A DNA stretch of 64,000 nt from positions 47,864,001 to 47,928,000 of the forward strand of contig OX597833.1 in the NCBI GenBank assembly GCA_951406725.2, written 5' to 3'. A program made the position numbers and the translations under genes. Below the pieces are notes generated by a model, which was given only the letters and a program-made list of their open reading frames with translations, did not search any database and was not told the DNA's origin. This stretch comes from Octopus vulgaris (taxonomy: Eukaryota). Below are positions 25,585-39,922 of the stretch, one piece after another; the stretch's first letter is position 1, and the number at the start of each line of letters is the position of its first letter.

Positions 25585-25724
25585 TTAATAAAATTATGGA
25601 GTAAATCCAAACTTACAGGGAAAAATTAGATTAAATTTTGTATATTATATTAATTAATTTTATTTCTATGGTTTGGTTTATGTTTTTCACTGTTTGATTT
25701 GCCTAATAGTGGTTTTATCTCTAA

Positions 25725-25762
<38 letters not shown>

Positions 25763-26359
25763 TGATCTGTCTACCCATATATATATATATATATATGTTT
25801 ATATACACATACAAAATCAGGTGACACGCCACAGTGTTTAATCATATTCAACAGACTTTTTCAATTGATTTAGCTATTTATCTCCTAAACATTTTCAGAT
25901 GTCATATTTCTAAATATACACATATCAAAAGGAATTTGTAAAAGAGAAAAGAGAAAAAAAAAAAAAAAACCCAACTAGCCAGGAAAAAGAGTTGTAAAGC
26001 CCACGAGATTTGCTCGGCTGTCTTAGACTGGTGAGATTTAAGCAGCTGATGCTCAACCAAAACATCTGCTGGTCGATGTAGATGAGATGGAGGGAAATGG
26101 TCTATGTGGGTTGTCTGCGTGGATTGCCTGCATGGATTGTCTGATGGAGGGAAATGAATACTTGCAACAGAGTGAATTCTGTTACGGGGACCCAAGTTTG
26201 ATCTCATGTAGCTTTATTTTGAAATAAGAAAATTGCCAAGCAAGGGCATTAAAATTGTATAAATATGCAACTATGTATTGTTTATTAAGGTTTGTAAGTC
26301 CTGTCCTAGTTGAGATTATGTAAGCACGAATGTGTGTGCGTGTAGGTATTTTTTCCTTT

Positions 26360-27125
26360 TATTCTTTTACTTGTTTAAGTCATTTGACTGCAGCCATGCT
26401 GGAGCACAACCTTTAGTTGAACAAATCAACCCCAGGACTTGTTCTAAGCTTAGTACTTATTCTATCAGTCTCTTTTGCCAAACTGCAAAGTTACAGTGAC
26501 ACCAAGCAATGGTGAGGGGACAAACACAGACACACAAATATATACACACACACACACACACACATACACAAATGGGCTTCTTTCAGTTTCTGTCTACCAA
26601 ATGCACTCACAAGGCTTTGGTTGACCCAAGGCTGTAGTAGAAGACACTTACCCAAGGTACCACATAGTGGGACTGAACCTGGAACCATGTGGTTGGGAAG
26701 TAAGCTTCTTACCAACAACCACACCTGCACCTATATGTATATACATTTATGCACATATATATATATATATATGCACAGGAGTGGCTGTGTGGTAAGTAAC
26801 TTGCTTACAAACCACATGGTTCCGGGTTCAGTCCCACTGCATGGCACCTTGGGCAAGTGGATTTGGTAGACAGAAACTGGAAGAAGCCTGTCGTAAATAT
26901 ATATATATATATATTTGAGTGTCTGTGTTTGTCCCCCCAACATTGCTTGACAACCAATGCCAGTGTGTTTATGTCCCCATGACTTAGCAGTTCAGCAAAA
27001 GAGATTGATAGAATAGAATAAGTACTAGGCTCACAAAGAATAAGTCCTAGGGGCAATTTGCTCAACTAAAGACAGTCCTCTAGCATGGCCACAGTCAAGT
27101 GACTGAAGCGAGTAAAAGAATAAAG
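26360..27125. mobile_element. head-to-head pair of family A SINEs (26360-26733 minus, 26775-27125 plus)
   Basis: Two opposite-orientation copies separated by ~40 nt of TA-rich spacer. Confidence 0.85.
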
Positions 27126-27239
27126 ATGTGTGTGTGTGTGTACACTAAATAAACCAGTTGAAGGAGATGTGTTTCTGGGGTTAAATGGTGGTATTGTCAT
27201 CTCTTATAGGACAGCCACATTTAATTGGCCATACACTAT

Positions 27240-27800
27240 ATGTGTGTGTGTGTGTATGTATATATATATGTGTGTGTGTGTATATATATATGTGTGTATA
27301 TATATATGTGTGTGTGTGTATATATATATATGTGTATATATATATGTGTGTGTGTGTATATATATATATGTGTATATATATGTGTGTATGTATATATGTA
27401 TGTATATATGTATATATATATATGTATGTATATATGTATATATATATATGTATGTATATATGTATATATATATATGTATGTATATATGTATATATATATA
27501 TATATATGTCTATGTATATGCATGTGTATATATGTATATGTGTGTGTATATATGTTTGTATATGTCTGTATATGCATTTGTATATATGTCTATGTATATG
27601 CATGTGTATATGTGTATGTATATATATATGTCTATGTATATGCATGTGTATATGTGTATGTATATATATATGTCTGTATATGCGTGTGTATATATGTCCA
27701 CGTATATGCATGTGTATATTTATCTGTATATGCATTTGTATATATGTCTATGTATATGTGTGTCTATATATGTTGGTGTGTGTGTGTGTGTGTCTATGCA
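27240..27800. repeat. compound TA/TG microsatellite
   Basis: Directly visible. Confidence 0.96.
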
Positions 27801-28253
27801 TATTAATGCTATATTGTAATGTCTACATCAATGCGTTTTTGTTATGCAAAGAGGCTTGTCTTTCTTTCTTCCTAAACCAGAATTGTTTACATATTTTCAA
27901 AATTACTTATAAAAAGCTAATTCCTAAAATGAAGTAATTTGTTGATAGGAGATCACACTGCTATCTTTATTTCCTAATTATGTACTTATTTCTACTGTAT
28001 TCACCACATGTATCATCTGATATATGTTTCTATTATCCTCTTACTGTTGAGTTGCCTTTTACCGTGTTTATATTAGATTCAGACCCTGTTCAGGTTCCAA
28101 CTTGCTAGACAGTTGTTTTCTAATGAATCTTGCTTGGGGGCAATAAAAGTAATCAGTATGAACCGAAGGACCTCAAGTTTTAATTATTTTATATTTTTAA
28201 GTGTTGAAAATTGGAATAATAATTTTAAGTTTTGAACACTAATATACAATTAA

Positions 28254-28746
28254 CCCTTTTGTTACAATATTTCTATTTGAATGCCTTTATTTGATTTAAA
28301 TTAAAAAATAATGAAGAATTTAGTAAAGTAACTATCATAATAAGATGGTATTTGGAACAGAAAGTAATTTAAAATTTTGATAGAAGTATTTTAAACTATA
28401 TTTCGTTTTTGGATTTGTTTTGCAAGATTCTTTATATGAGTTTGTGTGTTGAAGCATATTCTGTTGTGTCTGGGGAGAGTCATTTTCTTTTTGTGCCTTA
28501 TAATGTAACACAATCACCGGTAAAATTTCCACTTATTTCTTATTTTAATTTTCCTAAAATTTTCATTGTGTCTTGCAACCTTTTCATTAGGAAAAAAAAA
28601 AAATGAAATAAATGGAAATTTTACCGGTGTGTGTGTTAAATAATAAGGCACAAAAAGAAAATGACTCTCCCCAGACATAACAGAATATTTTAAACACTTT
28701 GAAACAGGAAGTTTGTATCATAGAACCAAGAGCAGTCTCAAAAGGG
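28254..28746. mobile_element. piggyBac-type MITE containing a Penelope-like inverted fragment (28397-28685)
   Basis: TTAA|CCCTTTTG...CAAAAGGG|TTAA. Inner insert has ~75-bp inverted arms and TSD tattttaaac; related sequence at 19685-19830. Confidence 0.7.
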
Positions 28747-28881
28747 TTAAAATCTTTTTCCATCAATTGTTTAACATCTACTTTTTCCTGCTTGCATGAG
28801 TCAGATGAGATCACATTAGGATAGTTTTCTATGGCTAGATATCCTTTGTGATATCAACTTTCACCTGTTTCCAATGGGTAA

Positions 28882-29200
28882 AGACCCCCTTCAGTCATGT
28901 ATGACAATGGAATTGCACCTAGAAAGTTACCCCCTGAGGCACAAGTCTGGGCAAGGTTGTTTATGGAAGACCAGGAGTTGCCCATGCATACCGACCTTCC
29001 CTCTCCACACCACCAATGTTATGTAAGGGAAACGCAAAGACCGATTTATCTTGGCACCAGTGATGTCACAACTCATTTCTACAGCTGAGTGAACTGGAGT
29101 GAACATAAAATAAAGTGTCTTGCTCAAGAACACAACACAGCTCAGTCCAGGAATCGAACTCTCTACCAACGCTCTAACCACTGAGCCATACACCTTCACA
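28882..29200 (-). mobile_element. SINE family D (tRNA head + TTGAGCAAGACACTTT core)
   Basis: Reverse complement of 60753-61081. Confidence 0.8.
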
Positions 29201-31189
29201 TTCACTATAACCCTTCCGTATATTGGTTTCAAATTTTGGCACAAGGCCAGCAATTTCAGAGGAGGGAGTAAGTCGATTACATTGACCCCAGTACTCAACT
29301 GGTACTTATTTTACCAATCCTGAAAAGACGAACGACAATGTTGACCTCAACAGAATTTAAACTCAGAACATTAAGTCAGAAGAAATGTTGCTAAGCATTT
29401 TTTTTTTGGTGTGGTAACAATTCTTCCAGCTCACTGCTTAAATCCTTCAGTATATTAAGAAGTGAAGAATTTGAATGTGGTTATGTACAAAATTGAAAAG
29501 ACCAATGCCTTGTGAGTGAATTTGGTAGACGGAAACTGAAAGAAGTCTGTCGTATATATGTATATATAATATATATATATATATGTATATGTTTGTGTGT
29601 CTGTGTTTGTCCCCCTAGCATTGCTTGACAACCGATGCTGGTGTGTTTTCGTCCCCGTCACTTAGCGGTTCGGCAAAAAAGACCGATAGAATAAGTACTG
29701 GGCTTACAAAGAATAAGTCCCGGGGTCGATTTGCTCGACTAAAGGCGGTGCTCCAGCATGGCCGCAGTCAAATGACTGAAACAAGTAAAAGATAAAAAGA
29801 TAAAAGATAAATGTATGAGGTTTTTGCTTACAAAGATTGCAAGACATGTGAAGAAGCTCAGACATGCTTTTGCTGTGAACTGCAAGTAATCAACGCTGTT
29901 TGTATTAACAGTGGGGTATTTGTTTACAATCAGCAAACACATGAAGATAAGGGGAAATACTAACTCACTCATGTAAACACACAAACTCATGTGCACACAC
30001 ATACACAAGTTGCTTTCATTTTCAGTTACACTTATAAGATATTGTTCAACTTGCACTTATAGTAGAGGATATCCAAGCTATAGGACCTAACCCCTAACCA
30101 TGTGGTTCCAAAACAAACTACTTATTCATACATCCATGCCATACTCTCTTTTTACTTGTTTCAGTCATTTGACTGAGGCCATGCTGGAGCACTGCCTTTA
30201 GTCAAGCAAATCGACCCCGGGACTTATTCTTTTGTAAGCCCAGTACTTATTCTATCGGTCTGTTTTGCCGAACCGCTAGGTGACGGGGACGTAAACACAC
30301 CAGTATCAGTTGTCAAACAATGCTAGGGGGACAAACACAGACACACAAACATATACACACACACACATACATATATACGACAGGCTTCTTTCAGTTTCTG
30401 TCTACCAAATCCACTTACAAGGCATTGGTCGGCCTGAGGCTATAGCAGAAGACACTTGCCCAAGATGCCACGCAGTGGGACTGAACCCGAAACTATGTGG
30501 TTGGTAAGCAAGCTACTTACCACACAGCCACTCCTACGCCTATGAGTATTATCATAGGCATCATCATCATCATCATTATTTAATATCTGTTTTCCTTGCT
30601 GGCATGGGTTGGATTGTTTGACAAGAGTGGATCAGCTGAAGAGGGGTTCAGGCTCCATGTGTTTTGGCATGGTTTCTATGGCTGGATGCCATTCATAATG
30701 GCAACCACTTTACAGAGTGTACTGGGTACACTTACACGGCAGTGGCACAGGTGCTTTTACGTGACGTAGGTACAGGTGCTTTTTACATGGCACCAACACC
30801 CACTAGCCTGCAAGATTAGGAACGCTCAGCTGAAGAGGGTTGCAGGAGACATGCCTGTAGGCAAGGACAACCATGATTTTACTTAAAAAGCACCATCCAA
30901 ATGTGGCCGATGCCAGCGCCGCCTTCACTGGCTTCTGTGCTGGTGGCAAGATAAAAAGCACCAACCGATCGTGGCCGCTGCCAGCCTCCCCTGGCACCTG
31001 TGCCGGTGGCACGTAAAAAGCACCCACTACACTCACGGAGTGGTTGGCATTAGGAAGGGCATCCAGCTGTAGAAACACTGTCAGATCAGACTGGAGCCTG
31101 GCGCAGCCTCCTGGCTTCCCAGACCCCGGTCGAAACGTCCAACCCGTACTAGTACGGAAAACGGACATTAAACAATGATGATGATGATG

Positions 31190-31510
31190 AGGTGTCTTCT
31201 CAAGCACAGCAAGCTGCCAGGAGCTTCAGTCCCCTGTCACCCCTTCTGTGAGGCCCAACGTCTGAAGATCCTTTCTCACCACTTTGCCCCATGTCTTCCT
31301 GGATCTACCACTTCCACATGTTCCCTCCACAATTAGAGATCTGCACCACTTGATGCAATTGCCTTCATTCATGCATGCACATCACATGACCATACCAGTG
31401 CAGTCTTCTTTCTTGCACACTACATCTGATACCCTGTATACCCAGTTTTTCTCTCAAATCACTTACACCCTGTCATATATGCACACTGACATTGCCCATC
31501 CAGAGGAGCA
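31190..31510 (-). mobile_element. degenerate RTE-type LINE C-terminal fragment
   Basis: Minus strand reads ERRLHWYGHV...VEGTCGSGRSRKTWGKVVRKDL. Confidence 0.7.
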
Positions 31511-31567
31511 TACTGGCTTCATTTCTTTGAAGTGACTTCATTTAAATACACATATATACATATATAC

Positions 31568-31773
<206 letters not shown>

Positions 31774-32783
31774 ACACATTCATATGCATACACTCACATA
31801 TCTTGCATGTACAGTTAGTTGTACAACTACTACTGTATGGGTAAGAGCACCATTTTATTATAGTCAGAACTGAATAAAACTCATCTTCAACACCATCACT
31901 ATCATCTCCACCACCACCACCACCATCATCATCAGTTAATGTCTGCTTTCCATGATGGCACAAGTTAGATGCTGCATCATCATCTGAATCATTTCTTATT
32001 GGGAACTACTGCTTCTAAATGCTGGTGCTTGTACATTTGTTTTCTATAATTGGATGCCATCCGTATGTGGCTATTGCCAGTGCCGCCCCGACTGGCCTCC
32101 GTACCGGTGACACATAAAAAGCACCATCCGATTGTAGCCGTTGCCAGCCTCGTCTGGCACCTGTGCAGGTGGCACGTAAAAAGCACCCACTACACTCTCA
32201 GAGTGGTTGGTGTTAGGAAGGGCATCCAGCTGTAGAAATACTGCCAGATCAGACTGGGCCTGGCACAGCCTTCTGGCTTCCCAGACCCCAGTTGAACCAT
32301 CCAACCCATGCTAGCATGGAAAACGGACATTCAACAATGATGATGATGCCTTTCCTATTGCCAGCCAGTTTACAAAGTGTACTGGGTGCATTTTCTTGTG
32401 GCACCATCACCAGAGAAGTTGAGTAGATCTCAGCACAACAAGTTTAAAAGGATCTCACAACCCTACACTTTCTCTGCTCATTTCGCCAATCACTTTGCAC
32501 CGTCTGTTGGGTTTATTTTTGTGACACCAACCTTATCCTTACTCACTATTCACTTGTATAGGGATTGTGGCAGGGCTCTGTCATGGGCCTGGCACAGGCA
32601 TCGTTAAAGTGGAGTGTACTAAGAGTTAATGAATATAAGAGTTTTTTTTTTTAATGAATAAACTATCAAGTGTTCAGTTGTTAAAACCTGTTGTTAATTA
32701 TTGATTTCTTATCTAGGAACATGACTACTCATTTATAGGTTAGTAAAAATATAATATTAATAATGTTTATGTCTGTCTTACAG

Positions 32784-32815
32784 ATACAAGTAAATTCAAA
32801 TTGCTACAAAAACAG
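32784..32815 (+). CDS. candidate 32-nt microexon (IQVNSNCYKN-R)
   Basis: gtctgtcttacag acceptor, CAG|gttagg donor, open in phase 0-2. In frame only together with 52993-53023. Confidence 0.3.
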
Positions 32816-33870
32816 GTTAGGAATTAAAACAAGAACTTCATTCATACTCGGTCTGCTGGAAGCTTATCTCTAATACTCACTATATCTATCATTAATTATT
32901 CTCTCACTCTCTATCACAGTGTTCCAACAATTTGTCTGTCACATTTTATCCTTTCCTTAACAACCTTGGTAGCTTCCAAAAAATCTTTTTAACGATTAGT
33001 TATTGATTCAATACAGTATTTGCCAGGATTTCTCATAAACATACTGTGAATTACTCAAGTGTCACCGAGCTAATTTTAAGTCAATACTCATCAAAAGATT
33101 TCTTACAAGGCACTTGTTCTCTTTCATCATTGAAATTCATTAAAAAGACCCCAACATGTCTAGCCTTATACCTTTTTATTGTTCTTTTTACTTGCTGGAG
33201 CAGACACCGTTCTGAAGGGTTTAGGTGAACAAATCGACCCCAGTACTTATTTTTTAAGCCTGGTCTCTTTTGTAGAACTGTTAAGTTACATGGATGTCAA
33301 CAAACCAACACCATTGTCAAGCAGTGGTGAGGGAAAATGCAACACAAACACAATGGCACACACACAGACACACACACCACACACACATAACAGACTTCCA
33401 CACAGTTTCTGTCTACCGAATTTTCCAAATCCTCTAACAAGGTTTTGGTTGACCTGGGGCTATAGTAGAAAACACCTGCCCAAGGGGCTGTGCAGTGAGA
33501 CTGAACCCAAGACGACATAGTTGAGAAGCAAGCTTCTTATTCACATAACCACACCTGTCTGTATATATGAATAATCTAATCTACTTAATTATTGATAATC
33601 TACCTATTCATTTGTCAAGTTTGTTTCATTTAACATTGACATTCAGTTATTTATTTCATTTTAAATGTTATCAGTAATCGCTAGTAAATAAATTTTTATA
33701 AATTAGGCATCGCTATGTCGTGAGAAATTTACTGCTCAACCACATGATTCCAGGTTCAGTCCCACTGTGTGGCACCTTAGACAAGTGTCTTCTCCTACGC
33801 CATGAGACCAATTAAAGCCTTATGAGTGGATCTGGTAGTCAGAAGCTGAAAGAAGCCTGTCATATATATG

Positions 33871-33917
<47 letters not shown>

Positions 33918-35050
33918 TCTTTTACTTGTTTCAGTCATTTGACTGTGGCCATGCTGGAGCACCGCCTTTAGTCGAGCAAATCGACCCCAGGACTTATTCT
34001 TTGTAAGCTTAGTACTTATTCTGTCAGTCTCTTTTGCTGAACCGCTAAGTTACGGAGACGTAAACACACCAGCATCTGTTGTCAAGCGATGTTGTGGGGA
34101 CAAACACAGACACATAAATATACACACATACAAACATGTATATGTATACATATATATATGACGGGCTTCTTTCAGTTTCCGTCTACCAAATCCACTCACT
34201 AGGCTTTGGTCGACCCAAGGCTATAGTAGAAGACACTTGCGCCCAAGGTGCCACGCAGTGGGACTGAACCCAAAACTATGTGGTTCATAAGCAAGTTACT
34301 TACCACACAGCCACTCCTATGCCTATTAATAAATATATATATATATATGTGACAAAGGATTGAGACACTTGGTGTCTGGCTGTACTCAAGAAGACCTGCA
34401 CCCTGCAGAAGTGTGAAGACCAATCCTTCTGGTTGTGTAACACACACATGGTGGTGGCATATAAGAGCGCCCATGCAGGGACACATAAATGGCACTCGTG
34501 TGGAGACATAAAAGCTCCTGTGTGATGTGATGTAAAAGTGTCTGTGTGGTGTCATGTAAAAGCACCCGTGCGGTGCTGTGTAAAAGTGCCTGTGTGGTGC
34601 CATTTAACAGCATCCAGTACACTCTGTAAAGTAGTTGGCATGTTAGGAAGGGCATCCAGTCATAGAAACCATACCAAATCAGACTGGAGTCTGGTGCAGC
34701 CCCACCAGCTTGCCAGCTCTGGTCACTAGCCAACTCATGCTAGCATTAACAAAGGATGTTAAATGGTGATGATGATGATGATGATGCAAATATACAGAAA
34801 ACAGTTGACGGAGACAGATGAGGGAACAACAAGCTGGCATACTATTTTGACGCTGAGGAAAAATGGAAAAGTCTTTGACATTTCGAGCCTATGCTCTTCG
34901 ACAGAAAGGAATGAGAAGGATAAAAATGGAGTGAGAGAGAGAGTGAGAAAAGAATGTGCTGGAATTAATGGTTCTACATGTACACCTATGTGTGTTTGTC
35001 TTTGTATTTGTCCCCTATAACTTAACAGTTTGACATAAGAGATCAGTACA

Positions 35051-35547
35051 ATAATAATAATAATAATGAAATTACTGTATACAGTGCTCAGGTGCACTGC
35101 AACTTGTCAAAAGTGCGTGTAAAGCATATGCAGTAATGTACAAATGTCTGGAAAGTGAACAGTGTATGGGTCAGATACATGCTTGCGTGTGTATGGAGGG
35201 GAGAAAATCAGGTGTAGTGCTGGTGAATCTCAGGAAGCATGGAAGTTTTGAAGGATGCAGTACTCCGACAACTAACAACTGATGCTGGCAGTTTGTTCCA
35301 TGCTTCAGCAACTCTTAGCATGAAAAATTGTTTCCGAAAGTCATGGGAGCTGTGCTGTTTTCTGACTTTGTAAACATGTCCACGGGTGTTAGACAGGTGG
35401 AGTTTGAAAAGGTGCTCAGAGTTATTGTTAGTAAGATGGTTAATGATTTTATGGGTGTCTGCCAAGTCAGCTGCCAGATGTTGGAGTTTCAGTGTATCCA
35501 TCCCCAGGGAAGTAAGGTGTTCAGAATATGGCAAATGCCTGATGCAG
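35051..35547 (-). mobile_element. 5'-truncated CR1-clade LINE nested in a family A SINE
   Basis: LPYSE.LTSLGMDTL...NTRGHVYKV...FF.LRVAEAWNKLPASVV...FKT is the CR1 C-terminal signature; (TTA)n tail. Confidence 0.85.
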
Positions 35548-36417
35548 GGTATTACTACCAGTCTTAAATAAATAAAAGAAACCAAAAAAAATAAGTTGTG
35601 GTGTAAATTTGTTCTACTAAACTCCTTTAAGGTGTTGCGCCAGCATGGCTGTAGTCCAATGACTGAATCAAGTAAAGGATGAAAAGATATTTGTCTCTCT
35701 GAAAAATTTTCGATTAATACTAATCAATGTTTGTGATTTACATGATTCAAAATGGGTATTAGTAAACTATATTTTTGTATTTGATATAATTCCATGCCAC
35801 TTATTATTAATACTAAATAATTCCGTAGTCACTAGTTCTCTTCAGGAACAAACCAATTAGTTGTCAAATCTGTTTACCACTGAGAAGTCATCAGTAATTT
35901 TTAATTAATTACATCATCCTGTTGTTAACACTTTGTAGTTATATGATCGGATTCCTTAATACTTATTTATAATTATTTATGGTATAGCATACTAACACAA
36001 CAAGCTTAATCAGTACCTAGCACTATGGTTAATATTAAAACGACAGCCTGTGAAATAATCCCTGTTTTATAAGGATTAATATTTGTTTGTTTATTTCTGC
36101 TCTTCTATTTAGAAATTATTCAGTGCATTTCATATCTTAGTCGCTTACATACTTCTCCCTGTGTTCCTCCATAATATGACAGACAAAATTTTGTCCTAAA
36201 AGGAAGTATATTGCAGTGTAATCAATATTAGTTGTGTCATATTAGTACCTTATGTAGTATGTTTATGTTGTATGAACCAAATATTTAATGGATGACTAGA
36301 GACCATTACGAAGGCGGATTTCATTTACATTTAAAAAGAAACTTTAAAACCAATTTGACTCGCACGTCACATACTTGCCCCACGCTTGTATATACATACG
36401 TATATATATATATATAT

Positions 36418-36459
<42 letters not shown>

Positions 36460-36872
36460 GTCCACTTTTCCATACTGGCATGCATCGACTGGAGTTAATT
36501 GAGACAGATTTTCTATGCCCAGACACCCTTCCTGGTGCCAGCCCTCTCCGGTTTCCAAGCAAGGTAATGTTTCCTCATCATCAGATATGTTTTCGCACAA
36601 TTACTATAAATTTTGCTTGTATAACAGCAGCATGCATTTTACAAACGACACAAACATGCACACACATAGACATACACATATGATAGGTTCTTTCAGTTTC
36701 TATCTACCAAGTCCACCCAAGAGACTTTGTTTGGCCTGAAGATATAATAGAAGACACTTGTCCAAGGTGTCATGCAGCAGGACTGAACCCAGAACCATGA
36801 AGTTGGGAAGCAAATTTCTTAGATTTATTATATTTTTACAAGAAGAGTGGTGAAAGTGATTTTGAAGTTTAG

Positions 36873-37092
36873 CCCTTTAGTGTTTAAACTGGCTATATCC
36901 GGCCAAAATATTCCACCTGTTTTATGTTCAAACTAGTCAGATATGGTCATTCATAGCTACCTTATTGTGTCATTTTAAAAATAAACAATCACATCATTGA
37001 AATCTCAAAGCCATGAAATGATGCAAGATTAATTTTACATGGTGTGAATACATAAGCTTTACATTTGACAGAATAATCTGAATGCTAAAGGG
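36873..37092. mobile_element. piggyBac-type MITE with TTAG TSD
   Basis: TTAG|CCCTTTAG ... CTAAAGGG|TTAG. Confidence 0.75.
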
Positions 37093-38356
37093 TTAGACCT
37101 GCTATCTTTCATGAAATCTGTTACCGGTCTTGTAAAAGTATGATAGATAAGTACTGTATTAAAAGTATTGAGTGATCTTTCAGCTCAATGTGAAATTGTT
37201 ATTATTATAACACAACATAAAAACGAACGTGTGTGTGTGTGTGTTCTTATTACATTTTTACAATATGTTGCTATAAGTTACTGGTTTTTCATGTTCTTTT
37301 ATCAAGTATTTCCATTGTTAAGTTCAAAATTATTGCTGTATTTTTCAAGTGTACATTCTAGTTTAGGCAGTTACCATTCCAGCTTTTCTAGCTTTTCCAT
37401 TATGAATTCATACTAGCATGAATGGGCATTTGTTTGTGTGTGTGTGTGTATGTGTGTATTTCATTGCAGAATACCTGTTTAAAGCTGTGGTAATATCTTA
37501 ATCTGTTGCATTTGCTAATATTTTACTGATTTCAGTCATTGGATCGAAGCCATACTGCAGAACCGTTTTGAAGGGCTTTTTTCTAATCAATCAAATTAAT
37601 CTCAGTAACTTATTTTAAAGTCTGCTGCTTATTCTGTTTGCCTCTATTTTGCTGAATACATCACTAAAAAAGGGGTGAGAAACAGACACTGGTTGCAAGC
37701 AGTCTCATAAAGACAAGTTCTAGAGAGAGATAAACAAACACACAGATGCACTCACACAAATGCATACACACATTCATAGACATGCATGATTGCACACTCT
37801 CACGTGCACTCACTCACACATACCAATTGCTTACACACCAACACACAAACACGCATACAAGACTGGGCTTCATCATCATCATCGTTTAACGTCCGCATTC
37901 CATGCTAGCATGGGTTGGACGGTTTTGACTGAGGGCTGGCGAGCCAGATGGCTGCACCAGGCTCCAATCTTGATCTGGCAAAGTTTCTACAGCTGGATGC
38001 CCTTCCTAATGCCAACCACTCCGAGAGTGTAGTGGGTGCCTTTTACGTGCCACCGGCACGGGCTTGTGAGTGAATTTGGTAGTTGAAAGCTCAGTTTTGT
38101 GAGTGAGTGTCTTCTACAGTAGAAGACAACTTACTCGAGATGCTGTGCTGTAGGACTCTAACCCCAAACCATCTTCACGTTCTGAGTCCAAATTCCGCAG
38201 AGGTTGACTTTGCCTTTCATCCTTTTGGGGGGTCGATAAAGCAAGCACCGGTGGAGCACAAGGGTTGATATAATTGCCTTACCCCTTCACTGGAACTTGC
38301 TGGCCCTGTGCTACAATTTGAAACCATTATTATCATTGTCATTGTTGTTGTTTTTA

Positions 38357-39100
38357 TCTATATATATAAAACAGAAACTCTGTGTGTGTGTGTGTGTGTA
38401 AGTTCGAAGATTTATAACTCGAGTTCTGCTAACCGATTCAATTGAAATTTCCGACATGCATTTGGTATGTTCCAAGGCATGTTTTAGTCATAACAACTGT
38501 TTCCATCAATGTTCGGTTTTTGCAAAAACTCGATTGATAATTAGCGACTTTCCCAAAAAGTCGCCCGATTTTGATCAACTTCACATACCTATGCACTCTT
38601 ACCCAAGGTTTTTCGTTTCATGATTATTTTTTTCAAATTCCATTTCGTTTGAGCACAGCATGAGAAAAACCAACTCAAAAAATGCCTTTAAGGCAGGCCA
38701 TAGCACCGGAACCATTGAACTGATTTAAACCAAACTCGGTAAATGAATGCATTTTCACCCAACGAGTCTTATGTCATGGTTCATTTCATTAAATTGCGTT
38801 TTGTTTGAGCACAATTCGACAAACTCGCATTCGAACAAAATGCTTTTGTTGAGGTAGCTCCTGATTTATTCTTCTCAGAACACTGACTCCATTTATTCTC
38901 CGATGCATAAACGATTAATCTCCACCATGGTGTGCACACACATTGTGACCTCATGTGACCTCAAAATAGCCACTGCCTATAAACAGTAAACATCCGGCTC
39001 TGAGGTTTTCCATTGAAATAAATGAAAGCAATTTTTATGTGTAACATGAGATAGTTAAAGCAATAACAGCCTCTGCACTGCACAAGCTACTGGTAAGTAC
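38357..39100 (+). mobile_element. probable Helitron-like non-autonomous element (3' end unclear)
   Basis: A|TCTATATATATAAAA start, TG tract and accgattcaattgaaattt motif like that in 17647-18015; internal repeats. Confidence 0.45.
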
Positions 39101-39633
39101 TTACTACTTCCTTCATCCATTTCACTAGCAGTAGTAACTAGTGTTGCCTGGGTCTTAATGACTTACCATGAAACTGCGGAAACAGGTGTATGAACAACAA
39201 GCAGGTGTATTAGTTTGATGCTTGGGAAAGTGAGAAAGTCTTTTACATTTCGAGCCTATGCTCTTCAACAGAAAGGCATATGAGGAAATAAACAGAGAGA
39301 GAATAAAAAACACTTGTGGATTTAGCTATCAATCATGGTGACTGGTTGGGAAAAAATAGTTTGACAGGAGAGCTAGGAAGAAGGGGAGATACTCGCACAC
39401 ACATGTATGTGTGTGTGTCTTTGTGTTTGTCCTCCACCACTACTTAGAACCAGCATTGGTTGGTTTGTACCCCTGTAACTTAGCAGTTTGGCACAAGAGA
39501 CCAATACAATAAGTACCAGGCTTAAAAAGTAAGTACTGGGGTTGATTTGTCTGATGAAACCCTTCGAGGTGGTCCCCCAGCATTGCCGCAGTCAAAAGAG
39601 TGAAATAAGTAAAAAAAAAAACAAAAAAAAAAA

Positions 39634-39922
39634 AACAAGAGCACTCAGAGAGCGCAAACCTCTGCCAAGGCAACACCAACATTCTCTCAATGATTAGTCA
39701 GAGATGATTTTTAAAATGAGAATATCTGAAATAAACTCGACTGCTTTCACAAACGAGAATACTAAAAACGAACCCAACCACTCTCAAAAATTAAGTGAAA
39801 AAACAGGAATAATAATCCAGAATTCTTGTCTGATACTGGATCAACCACAAAATCTAATCAGTTCATGCTAGTCATGAGGCTGATCATTCCTGAAAGTTTC
39901 ATCCGAATCCATCCAGCGGTTT
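39634..39922. mobile_element. non-autonomous DNA element beginning AACAAGAGCACTCAGAGAGCGCAAACCTC (Helentron/HINE-like, uncertain)
   Basis: Starts in an A-run with a terminal motif resembling widespread invertebrate and fish non-autonomous elements; internal aaagtttcatccgaatccatcc motif. Confidence 0.45.

Noticed and set aside
36292-36390. Possible additional first exon (MTRDHYEGGFHLHL...)
   Set aside because: Only a weak donor (ctt|gtatat) running into a microsatellite, and no homology.
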